In this document: positions 38,902 through 48,151 of the stretch, piece by piece
Layout of the letters: every line of letters begins with the position of its first letter
Numbering within the stretch: the first letter of the stretch is position 1
Virus record (IMG/VR): IMGVR_UViG_3300012573_000004
DNA length: 64,000 nucleotides
Source: a virus
Taxonomy: Duplodnaviria > Heunggongvirae > Uroviricota > Caudoviricetes
Reading direction: 5' to 3' (one strand)
Program-made: the position numbers and the translations under genes
The notes under the pieces: generated by a model
Told to the model about the DNA's origin: nothing
What the model saw: the letters and a program-made list of their open reading frames with translations, nothing else
Databases searched by the model: none

Positions 38902-39204
38902 CTACAAAGCTGCATATTCTGCAGCAGAACACAACATCTTTCCCCATTGTGCCTGGCTGCTATCTTTATCCTCTTCACCACGGAAGACTTTCCTTCCTAG
39001 CTTATATGCTTCAGCAGAGCTAAAAGAAGCTACCAGTTCTTCTGATGACAGCAATTCAACACTATTGGAGTGTGCCTTGGCCACTACGCTTTTACCTTCT
39101 AGAGACCATGTACAGGTATCACCAATAGATACAGTAGCCTTAATGCGGGGAACATCCCCATTTCTGTAATAGTTCTTCTTGCTCTTATTATGAGTCATTG
39201 TCAT
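38902..39204 (-). CDS. Small hypothetical protein
   Basis: ORF only. Confidence 0.3.
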   Translation of the reverse strand: MTMTHNKSKKNYYRNGDVPRIKATVSIGDTCTWSLEGKSVVAKAHSNSVELLSSEELVASFSSAEAYKLGRKVFRGEEDKDSSQAQWGKMLCSAAEYAAL

Positions 39205-39382
39205 TTCTCCTTTTATTACATGATATATATTGTGCTTGTTGATATTACAGAATAAACAATACCTGATTCCACTTATAAATGCAAGATTGTTCTATTTTTG
39301 CATAACGTAAAACGAGCTGTGAGCTTGTTATTATGATATATGACCTTTTCACATTATAAAAAGATTGGACGTTTAAATACCC

Positions 39383-42073
39383 ATGAAGAAAAACACTATT
39401 TTAGCTTGTACTGCTTTGTCACTTATTCTCCCCTGTGTCCCTGCTCATGCTGCTAATGATATTTACAATATATCACCAGCTTCCACCCCACAGCAGATCA
39501 AAGATTCTACCTCTTCCCAGGTAATGACTATTCATGATAGAGAACGATCTTCAGATCTCACCACCATTTGGATAGCACCAAGGAAAGATTGCAATGATAA
39601 AGCTGATGGTAGCAAAGACAACCCAGTATGTGATGTGTCACAGGCTAGCTCTATTCTTAACAATCTTTACCAACAGGGAAAAGCACGTGGTGATGTAGAC
39701 ATCAGATTCAAAACAGGAAAAGGTGTTGTCTATCAACCTGAAAATGGAAAAAGGTTTGGTGATTTTACCTTCGCTCCTACAGCAGGACATGTAGTGAGAT
39801 TTATTCCTGATTGGTACAACAACATTGATGACTTGAAGAAAATCAATGCTGATAATAGAATCAATGTTAAAGGATATCCAGCTTCACAATCTAAAAATAA
39901 TGACTCTGGGGTAGGTTTATCTATTTCTCCTAAATCTAATAAGGGAGGAACATATCAAATCAGTGGATTCCATTTTGACAACCTGGTAAACCCATTGAAA
40001 GTCATCACTCCTCAAGTAACCAAAGACAAAATATCCAATAGCTCTGATCCAGAAGATATCTATAAAAACATTAGACATTCCCAGAATGCACCTATAGGGA
40101 ACATGCTTATTTCCAATAACGTTTTTGATCATGTAGGTGATGCATACACAGCTGGTGGTGGAAACTACATCTCAGGTGCAATGAGGGTGTGGGGTGCTAC
40201 CAACATGCTTATCAAAGACAACACTTTTATCAATGGAAAAGCAACTTCTAAAAACACTTCTACTTCCCATGTTATCTACAACTATATGACATCAGGAACA
40301 GTCTATGAAGGAAATACCTTCAAAAATAATAACTACTCTTTGATTAGAGCACGCTTGAGCAATGATGATATTATTACAGGAAATAACTTTTCTACATCTA
40401 AGAGTCTTTTTGGAAAAGACAAGGAAGTGATTGGAACATGGTATCAAGGATACCTCTATGGTAAAGGAGGAACAAGAGACAACAAATCTTATGCAGAATG
40501 TAAAGGTGATGGACCTTTTGAGTTCAACAACACCTTTACAGGAAGATACTCCACTGTCTTAAGAAACCTTAAACAGCAACCTTATTGCACAGATAAAAAA
40601 CGCATCACAGCACCCATGTTTCTAGAAGGAATACAAACTGGAGATAAAGAATATTCCCTTCGTTGGGGGGATGCTGATACTAATGGTGATGGAGTGAAAA
40701 ACTACCATGTCTATGTAGGAAAAGCTAATAAGTATGGAACTCCTACTTCTGATGTACCTGTCAAAGTAAAAACCACTCCTTCTTCTGTGCATGAAGCCAC
40801 AATTGATAAATCTATGTTTGACAAAGCTGGTATCAAGCCAGGTGATAACTTCCACTATTATGTGGTAGCAGAATCTACATCTGGATGGTTGTCTTCTAGA
40901 AACCAACTGAAAACATCAGCATTCCTTGATAAAACCTATCAAGGAAGAGACAACTATACTGTAGCTAGAGTGGAATCATGGGATAGAATCACTGATGGTA
41001 AAAAGCCAGAGAAATCCACTTTTAACTATGATCTTGTTTCACACAAGGTATCACCTAGCTATAAGAGTGCAAAAGTAAAACCAGGAGACAAAGCAACACA
41101 GTATGTGTCCCTTTCCAAGGTTCCTGCTTATACTACATTCTCATTGAAGGATTCCACATTTCCTAAAAAGGTATCTATAGATCCACGCACAGGAAAAATC
41201 ACTGCTGACACTGCAAAAGTAAAACCTGGAAAATATACAATAGATGTTGATGTGCAATATGGTGATTGGTCTCATGACACTGCAACATTCAACCTTGAAG
41301 TAGAAGAAGAAACAGTTGACAAGCCTTCTACTGATAAGCCAACCACCAGTACCAGCAAGAAGCCAACCACCAGTACTAGTAAAAAGCCAACCACCAGTAC
41401 TAGTGAAAAACCAACTTCTACTGACAAGCCAACCACCAGTACTAGTGAAAAACCAACCACCAGTACTAGTGAAAAACCAACTTCTACTGACAAGCCAACC
41501 ACCAGTACTAGTAAAAAGCCAACCACCAGTACTAGTAAAAAGCCAACCACCAGTACTAGTAAAAAGCCAACCACCAGTACTAGTGAAAAACCAACTTCTA
41601 CTGACAAGCCAACCACCAGTACTAGTGAAAAACCAACTTCTACTGACAAGCCAACCACCAGCACATCTAGTGACATTTCCAAGCCATCTAGCTCCAATGA
41701 TGTAACAACTAGCAAGAAGCCAACAACTTCTTCCAACAAGAAGACTGCTTCTAGCACTGTAGTTTCTCCTACAGCACAACCTTCTCCAGTAGATAAGGGA
41801 AGCTCTCATCACCCATCACTATGGGAGAAAATAAAGTCTGTCTTTTCTCCACATAAAGAAGATCAATCTTCTTCTAATAACCAAGTAAAAACCCCTTATC
41901 ATGCAGTCAATGCAGAAAATAGTGAAAGCAACGCAAGAGACAGTCATGACTACCACCCTGGTGATGCAAGCAATGATGCAGATACAGGAGAAGGGAAAGT
42001 AGGTCCAGAGGTAAACACTGGTGGAAAGGTGGATAGATCCTTCCTAGATAAGGTTGTATCCATTGTGAAATAG
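39383..42073 (+). CDS. Large secreted right-handed beta-helix (pectin-lyase-fold-like) surface protein with TSTS(K/E)KP tandem repeats and a C-terminal TGG tag (GPEVNTGGKVDRSFLDKVVSIVK)
   Basis: Signal peptide ILACTALSLILPCVPAHA. Parallel beta-helix repeats (NNVFDHVGD...GNTFKNNNYSLIRARLSNDDIITGNNFS). Thr/Ser/Pro repeats. Tag. Confidence 0.7.
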   Translation: MKKNTILACTALSLILPCVPAHAANDIYNISPASTPQQIKDSTSSQVMTIHDRERSSDLTTIWIAPRKDCNDKADGSKDNPVCDVSQASSILNNLYQQGKARGDVDIRFKTGKGVVYQPENGKRFGDFTFAPTAGHVVRFIPDWYNNIDDLKKINADNRINVKGYPASQSKNNDSGVGLSISPKSNKGGTYQISGFHFDNLVNPLKVITPQVTKDKISNSSDPEDIYKNIRHSQNAPIGNMLISNNVFDHVGDAYTAGGGNYISGAMRVWGATNMLIKDNTFINGKATSKNTSTSHVIYNYMTSGTVYEGNTFKNNNYSLIRARLSNDDIITGNNFSTSKSLFGKDKEVIGTWYQGYLYGKGGTRDNKSYAECKGDGPFEFNNTFTGRYSTVLRNLKQQPYCTDKKRITAPMFLEGIQTGDKEYSLRWGDADTNGDGVKNYHVYVGKANKYGTPTSDVPVKVKTTPSSVHEATIDKSMFDKAGIKPGDNFHYYVVAESTSGWLSSRNQLKTSAFLDKTYQGRDNYTVARVESWDRITDGKKPEKSTFNYDLVSHKVSPSYKSAKVKPGDKATQYVSLSKVPAYTTFSLKDSTFPKKVSIDPRTGKITADTAKVKPGKYTIDVDVQYGDWSHDTATFNLEVEEETVDKPSTDKPTTSTSKKPTTSTSKKPTTSTSEKPTSTDKPTTSTSEKPTTSTSEKPTSTDKPTTSTSKKPTTSTSKKPTTSTSKKPTTSTSEKPTSTDKPTTSTSEKPTSTDKPTTSTSSDISKPSSSNDVTTSKKPTTSSNKKTASSTVVSPTAQPSPVDKGSSHHPSLWEKIKSVFSPHKEDQSSSNNQVKTPYHAVNAENSESNARDSHDYHPGDASNDADTGEGKVGPEVNTGGKVDRSFLDKVVSIVK
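41316..41660. repeat. In-frame tandem repeat (27/33-bp units) encoding KPTTSTS(K/E)KPTSTD
   Basis: Repeated DNA. Explains the spurious antisense ORFs 41141..41812, 41272..41757 and 41316..41705. Confidence 0.75.
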
Positions 42074-42089
42074 ATTAAAAAACACACCA

Positions 42090-42124
42090 AAAAAGCGCTG
42101 AGAGCATTTCTCAGCGCTTTTTGT
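42090..42124 (+). terminator. Rho-independent terminator (aaagcgctgaga/tctcagcgcttt plus T-run)
   Basis: Read in the sequence. Confidence 0.85.
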
Positions 42125-42195
42125 CTTCCTATACTACAATCACATCATATTTCTTTTTAAACCTCTTAGAATGTGATACAGAGGATTCTTGTCAT

Positions 42196-42564
42196 CTAGA
42201 AATAAGTAACAAAAGATACATCATTTAAGTTGATGTCATCATCTCCAATGACAGTATCACCTTTGACTTCAGCATAATCCACGGTGAAGTATTCAGGATA
42301 GTCTTGAATCAAAGAGGAGATATCATGGTAATAATCCCCATCCCAGAAAAACCTATCATCTTCATCATAGATATTCTGAGAAGAAATATCACCATAGTCA
42401 TCTTGCAAAGACTCATCTTTGATGAGATTAAAAAGATCAACAAAACCCTCAGGTGCTAGATTGTTGATGTGGCAATCAACTTCAGCAATATAGTCTTGTG
42501 CAATCTCATCATCTTCTACAGTCTTAAATACTCCAGTAAAAGAAAAGACCTTATCCTTGTTCAT
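42196..42564 (-). CDS. Acidic hypothetical protein
   Basis: Start at MNKDKVF with a perfect SD aaggagaaataacATG. Confidence 0.5.
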   Translation of the reverse strand: MNKDKVFSFTGVFKTVEDDEIAQDYIAEVDCHINNLAPEGFVDLFNLIKDESLQDDYGDISSQNIYDEDDRFFWDGDYYHDISSLIQDYPEYFTVDYAEVKGDTVIGDDDINLNDVSFVTYF

Positions 42565-42662
42565 GTTATTTCTCCTTGTTGTGATGGTGTTTTTATCTTC
42601 ACCTTCTACCCTAGACAAGAAAGAACAACATTTCTACCCAACACCCTCTTTCAGGGGTGTTT

Positions 42663-43076
42663 TTAGATTGTGTCTTTGCTGGATTTAATAGTGATATCCT
42701 GAGCATTGTTGCTGTGTTGTGCTGTGGTGAGATCTACTACAACATAGTCATCTTCTCCAGTAAGCTTGCTTTCAATATCCTTGCTTTGAACCTTATGGAC
42801 TACAGCATGTACAGTTCCCATACTTCTATCAGTTTCACGATACTCCATACCTAAGTGAAGAGTACTAAGATAGACCTTAAATACAGTGCGCAAAATAGTA
42901 TTTGCAGCTCCATATGTGCCTATGTTTTTCAACATGGAAGAAAAGAAGTCATCTCCAAAGATCTCTTCTTTTAAAACACTTAAATAGTACTCTGAAACAA
43001 CTGGAGTAGTAACAGTTACTGCTGTAAAAGTATCTTTGTTAATATTACTCTCCATTAAAATATCACATTGTGACAT
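42663..43076 (-). CDS. Hypothetical protein
   Basis: ORF. SD aaaaggaga upstream. Confidence 0.45.
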   Translation of the reverse strand: MSQCDILMESNINKDTFTAVTVTTPVVSEYYLSVLKEEIFGDDFFSSMLKNIGTYGAANTILRTVFKVYLSTLHLGMEYRETDRSMGTVHAVVHKVQSKDIESKLTGEDDYVVVDLTTAQHSNNAQDITIKSSKDTI

Positions 43077-43231
43077 AAGTATCATTCTCCTTTTATTGTA
43101 TTTTTTCTATTGATTTCTATATTACCAAAAATGCAAAAGTGATATGCAAAACACCTCAACATTGGATTTTTAAGACTAGTTGGTATACTTTTTGCATATA
43201 TCAACAATCAAAGAAGAAAAGGTGAAAAAGT

Positions 43232-43759
43232 ATGGATAACACAGAAAAACCCCACAACTCTACTGCTAAAAAGCTTGCCACCATTGCAGCAGTTGTAGGT
43301 GTGCTCATAGCTATAATTGTAGCTTTTGTCATTTTTTCTCAAAAAGATAGTAGTGATTCTGAAAAGAATGACCTTACACAAACACAGCAACCTTCCAATG
43401 AAGATATGCTTCCAGAAGAGTCAAAAACTACCTCTGCACGAGACTTGCTAGAAAAGCATGACGGAAAAGTAACACAGCAGGATAAAGATGCAGTAAAATC
43501 AGCTAAAAAGTATCTTGACAACCCTGGTGGATTTTCTCCTGACACCCTAACAGAAAAGCTTAAAAAAGATCACATTCCTGAAACCTCCATTGACTATGCA
43601 CTAGACAATGCTGATGCAAATTGGAATGAGCAAGCAAAAAATTCTGCACAAGAGATTAAAAACAGCCTTGGGTGGACCAATGAGGAGATTACCAATACAC
43701 TAGTTCTTTCAGGTTTTACTGATGAACAAGCACAATATGCTGTGGATAATATTTCTTAA
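43232..43759 (+). CDS. Membrane-anchored Ltp-like repeat protein (host cell surface-exposed lipoprotein / superinfection-exclusion family)
   Basis: N-terminal TM. Two Ltp-like repeats: AVKSAKKYLDNPGGFSPDTLTEKL and AKNSAQEIKNSLGWTNEEITNTLVLSGFTDEQAQYAVDNI. Confidence 0.5.
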   Translation: MDNTEKPHNSTAKKLATIAAVVGVLIAIIVAFVIFSQKDSSDSEKNDLTQTQQPSNEDMLPEESKTTSARDLLEKHDGKVTQQDKDAVKSAKKYLDNPGGFSPDTLTEKLKKDHIPETSIDYALDNADANWNEQAKNSAQEIKNSLGWTNEEITNTLVLSGFTDEQAQYAVDNIS

Positions 43760-44004
43760 AACGCATATTATACAAGAAAAACAGGGATGAGGATAAAAAC
43801 TTATGTCCCTGTTTTTTCTAATTGAGATGGTATTCCTTTAAAGCATTCTTGATCATTTCCCTGGTGAAACCATCTGCAACTAACATATCTATCATATCAT
43901 TGGTAGATAACCCTGTTGTCTTTTCTATATCCTGTAATGCTTGCTGTATTTCTTTGGTATAATCAACATCAACGTTATCTAGAGCATATTTAATAGCTTC
44001 ATCA

Positions 44005-44277
44005 TCATTGATATCTTTTTTTCAACTTCTCATAAATTTTCTTTTCAGAAACAGAATCACTATCAACATATCCTTGTGCAATACCAAGTGCTTTTTGAGA
44101 CAGTTCAGGAGCTTTTGTTTGCGCAGCTTTTTCTGCAGTAGAAACTATATCTTCTGCAGGTTTAACTTCCTTATCTTTTCCAATATAGGTATCTTTATCC
44201 ATAAGAGTACCACAAGAAGAAATAAGCACAGAAGATACAGCTATACTGCATATCATTATTGTTTTTCTAGAAAACAT
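44005..44277 (-). CDS. Small lipoprotein
   Basis: Lipobox LISSC|G after a hydrophobic N-terminus. Confidence 0.5.
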   Translation of the reverse strand: MFSRKTIMICSIAVSSVLISSCGTLMDKDTYIGKDKEVKPAEDIVSTAEKAAQTKAPELSQKALGIAQGYVDSDSVSEKKIYEKLKKRYQ

Positions 44278-44382
44278 AACTTCTCCTGTGCTATATTATG
44301 ATGCATATATACTTACATATCTATTATATGCATCAACAATATCACAGCTATGCATTTCCTCTTATAGCTATCAACTTACCTC

Positions 44383-44814
44383 TTATTCAACATAAGAGTC
44401 AATAAAAGCAAGAGAATAGGTAACGTTCATGGAATGGCGCTGAAGTTGTGTAGGAGAAATATCACCCATGTTGTTTTCCTTTAGGTGCAAAGACAAACGC
44501 TGATAGTCATCTTCTTCCACTATCAAGTGCTGAGCAGCTTCACTTAAGCTTTGAAACATTCCAATATAGAAACCAAACTGGAATGCTACCAAGTGAGACA
44601 TATTATCTACGCTATATCCTAAAGCATCAGCTATAGTGTAGAACTCATGTTCTCCTACTCCATGAGCTTGAGCATTATCCCCTGTCATCATTCCATGGTA
44701 AATAGGGGTAGAAAACCCATAAAAACGCTCCTTGTCTAAAGCATAAGTATTCATAGTCTCTACCATGTCTTCAAAATTGTTGCGAAGAAAATCAGAAGAA
44801 AAGATATTAAGCAT
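44383..44814 (-). CDS. Hypothetical protein
   Basis: ORF only. Confidence 0.45.
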   Translation of the reverse strand: MLNIFSSDFLRNNFEDMVETMNTYALDKERFYGFSTPIYHGMMTGDNAQAHGVGEHEFYTIADALGYSVDNMSHLVAFQFGFYIGMFQSLSEAAQHLIVEEDDYQRLSLHLKENNMGDISPTQLQRHSMNVTYSLAFIDSYVE

Positions 44815-44996
44815 TGATATTTCTCCTTAAAAAAGTGGTGTGTTTTTTCTGATGCTCCTAGTATAGCCTACACAACAACAATGATCAACAACAATGATTA
44901 ACCTTCTCATAGAGAAAACACCTTCTTAGTGCATTTTTGCACCAGGAAGGTGTTGATTCTTCTAAAAAGAGATGGGATATACCTCTTTAAAGTTGA

Positions 44997-45848
44997 TTAA
45001 ATCAAGTTGGCAAATGTCATAAGAACATTCCTGTCACCTGTAGGATAGACATCAAAATTAACAGATGGTTTGAGGTTGGCTACCTGAGATACAACCTCAA
45101 AAGTCTTATCAGCAGGGAAGGAAACCACTGCTGTTACAAAGGAGTTCTTGTTAACAGTGGAGATAATATCTACTGCTTCTTCTGCGCTGTCAACCTCTGC
45201 ACTATAAGAACGCACATCCTTATCATCTACCTTATTGAGAACAGTGACCACGGTGGGGTTTTCTTTGAGATAGTCTGTAATAAGCTTCTTAGCATTGCCA
45301 ATATGAGAAAGATCCTCATCATAATCAGGATTGTCAATGATAATAACAATCTTGGAATTTTCACCTAGATAGGCAATAAACTCAGTGTCTTTGCTTTCAT
45401 TTTCATCACCAAGAATATCCCACATATTCTTTTTGGTCTGCAGGGTAGCATCACTAACAGTGATAGTCTTGTTCTTATACTTTACCTCAGTAGAGATATC
45501 CTTAAAGCATTGTGAGCACTCTTGTGAATTCTCATTTGAATCTTCTTGAAATTCTGTTTCATCTACAACAGGAAGTCCAGACATCATATCTTCCTCAGAT
45601 GTTGATTCCTTATCACAGCAACAATCACTCTCACACTTGTTGGAAGAGTCTTTGCCAAGAGAAGATTCATTCTTTAGAAGAATAGAAACAGCATCAGGGA
45701 TGGATTCTTTGAGATTGAGGTTTTTAAATCCTCCCTTAGGATCATTGATAATAAAGTTAAAATCCTTTTCAGTCTCTTTTCTAATCTGAGGAAGAGACTC
45801 TTCCACCTGGTCAATAATCATGTTGAGCAAATCTTCAGAATAAGACAT
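44997..45848 (-). CDS. Hypothetical acidic protein
   Basis: ORF. SD aaggagaacatatATG. Confidence 0.5.
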   Translation of the reverse strand: MSYSEDLLNMIIDQVEESLPQIRKETEKDFNFIINDPKGGFKNLNLKESIPDAVSILLKNESSLGKDSSNKCESDCCCDKESTSEEDMMSGLPVVDETEFQEDSNENSQECSQCFKDISTEVKYKNKTITVSDATLQTKKNMWDILGDENESKDTEFIAYLGENSKIVIIIDNPDYDEDLSHIGNAKKLITDYLKENPTVVTVLNKVDDKDVRSYSAEVDSAEEAVDIISTVNKNSFVTAVVSFPADKTFEVVSQVANLKPSVNFDVYPTGDRNVLMTFANLI

Positions 45849-45931
45849 ATATGTTCTCCTTATGTGCTAGAGATAACGTTTACGTTTTCCAACTCTACCA
45901 TAGAGGAAAAAGAGTTATCAACTGCAGTTTA

Positions 45932-46282
45932 CTATGCTGCAGCAATGCAGTCTTTTTCCAGTTGAGGAATCTCAGAAGAAATGCGCTCAATCTTTTCAGT
46001 GGAGCGGTATCCATCTCGTACTAGATAATCACATTCTCTTAAAGCCTTATCTAGTTTTTTGCCTTCTGGAGTATCTTGCAAGGAAATATTTTTCTCTTTT
46101 AGATTTAAGCGCACTTGCTCTACTTGTTGTTGCACTCTATCCCTAATCTTTTTGCTTTTCATGTGTGCTCTTTTCTGCTTCTTTTCCTCATTTCCAGCCA
46201 GAAACAAAAAAGTAACCAGTCCAACCAAGAGAATGATAGCAACTGCAACAATACCAATAGTGATCCAAGTACTTATGCCCAT
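45932..46282 (-). CDS. N-terminally membrane-anchored coiled-coil protein
   Basis: TM segment ITIGIVAVAIILLVGLVTFLFL followed by a charged helical region. Confidence 0.5.
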   Translation of the reverse strand: MGISTWITIGIVAVAIILLVGLVTFLFLAGNEEKKQKRAHMKSKKIRDRVQQQVEQVRLNLKEKNISLQDTPEGKKLDKALRECDYLVRDGYRSTEKIERISSEIPQLEKDCIAAA

Positions 46283-47415
46283 AGAAATCTAATCCTTTTT
46301 TATTGAAAAACTTTTTTGTATATCCCTTCTACTGTAATAACAGACAATGGTATAATCCAAATTTTAACAAAGTCAAGGATGTAGGGTTGATTTTTAAAAT
46401 ATACCAACTATCTTGTACAAAGAACAAAAATGTTACATGGGAAAACCATGTCCCTTTTAGTGATTGCAAAAATAAAAGCTCTATTTTTCATTCTAAGCCT
46501 TTGAAAACACTTATATGGGTATTTGTACAAATCTCTCCTCTGCAACGCTCTCACAGCCACACAGGGTATCTATTTAGCTCATTTTTTATACAGCATCAGA
46601 AGACATCTTTTCTATATAGGATCTTCTTCTCCTTGAGTTGTTTTTCATCTCTTTGCACAAAAAAAGCAAATCCATTTTAAGAAGATAAACTCTTTTCATG
46701 TAGGACCCTACCTAGATCTTGTGCTCAACTTCTTAAAACGTCTCATAGAACAAAAACTTCTATTTTTACCCTTGAAAAATCACAAAATGATAACAGAATA
46801 ATAACAGAATAATATACTTATTTTTCTCAGTTTTTTCTTAGGAAAATATGAACTTCAGTAGGGGGTAATGTTAAGGTTTCAATTTTTACCAATTTTCACC
46901 ATATCAGCAGGTAGATTTATGTTTTTTGCAAAAACTAGACAGAGCTGTCTATAAAGTTATACAAATGTTATCAAAATTAGTGTTTCTGTGAAATACCTGT
47001 GAATCCTGATTTTTGACAGATCTGTGCTTAAACCCAAAAACATTATCTGGAAGAGACATCTAAGAAGTTCATGGAAGTGAATATTCAAGACAACTAGCAA
47101 AGATTGTCTAAAGCTTCATGGAAATAATGTTTCAAGATCTTTACAAGTTTCAAGATAAGTTGTCTTATGTTCATCTGCAGAATCTTTTTTCAAAAGCTTC
47201 AGCAGATGTCTTAAACGGAATGCTAACGCATTCCTAGAGAAGATTACTTAGAGGTGAATCAAATTGCATAATTTTGTTTAATTTAACCCCCCTATAATTC
47301 CCCCCTAAACAATAGTCACGTGGTAAGTAGACCGAGCCGTCTATCAGAGATTTCACAGAATACAAGATTTTCAGACTATCCCCTGGTAGGGGTATGTTTT
47401 TCCACCTGGGAAAAC

Positions 47416-47450
47416 AGTTTATTCACATTTTTATCCACAGGGTTGTGAAT
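47416..47450. promoter_or_regulatory. Cluster of three DnaA boxes (TTATTCACA, TTATCCACA, TGTGAATAA) inside a 1.5-kb gene desert; candidate replication origin
   Basis: Exact or near-exact matches to the TTATNCACA consensus in both orientations within 35 bp. Flanked by AT-rich DNA. Confidence 0.5.
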
Positions 47451-48065
47451 AACTCTAAATAAGCTTTCTACCTGCTGTTATGTAAAAATGTGATCAAACT
47501 CATATAGGGTTGAAAATGACTTGTTTTTATACCTTGAGCTGTAAGTTAATCTTTTGTTAACCTAATGTTCATCTATTATTTTTATTCATAAGCGGTTTTT
47601 TGCGAAAAAAATGACAAAGGGACATGAAAATAGAACCTTTTTTAGTAGTTAAAAATAACGATTTTTATGTGTTCTACTTCACAAAAACGCCCTAAAAATT
47701 CAACCAATTTCTCCATATAAACGATTTTTTATAAGGTCTGCACTTTTGGTATAAAAAGTGCAAAAACTTAACATAATGGAGATGTTTTCTTGGATTTCTT
47801 TTTCTCAAGTATTGTTTTTGTGTCCCTTTCTCCAAATTCTGTTAGTGGATACAACCCATCATTGGATATATCTTCCTATAGCAAAAAATCACACCTAGAT
47901 CTCTTGTTTTAAAATATCTCTGCAACAGAAGTGAAACACCCCTGAAAAACTAAAAAATATAGCCACATGAGGAAAGAAAAACACATTGAGGTATAAATAC
48001 TCACAAAAACACTTTCAACCGCTTAGAAATCAATATAAAGCTTTTGTTCTTTTTTCTTCTAGAGA

Positions 48066-48108
48066 TTAAAAAAAAGAGACTGATCTTTTAAAAAGACCAG
48101 TCTCTTTT
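48066..48108. terminator. Bidirectional terminator (near-perfect 16-bp stem aagagactgatctttt/aaaagaccagtctctt, A-run plus T-run) downstream of minus-strand gene 48152..49135
   Basis: Read in the sequence. Confidence 0.8.
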
Positions 48109-48151
48109 CAACAGTTGCACAAATGCTTATATTTTTCTATAGAGCAGAAAA

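Noticed and set aside
41141-41812. ORFs 41141..41812(-), 41272..41757(-) and 41316..41705(+) with odd repetitive translations (WLFTSTGG..., LVLVVGFLL..., QPPVLVK...)
   Set aside because: They overlap the TSTS(K/E)KP tandem repeat of the real plus-strand gene 39383..42073. They are alternative-frame or antisense artefacts of repeat DNA with no independent start signals.
46700-48150. Searched the 1.5-kb ORF-free region for a CRISPR array
   Set aside because: There are no regularly spaced direct repeats of 24-40 bp. Only a 12-bp doublet (aataacagaata x2) and scattered DnaA-box-like 9-mers. Not a CRISPR array.
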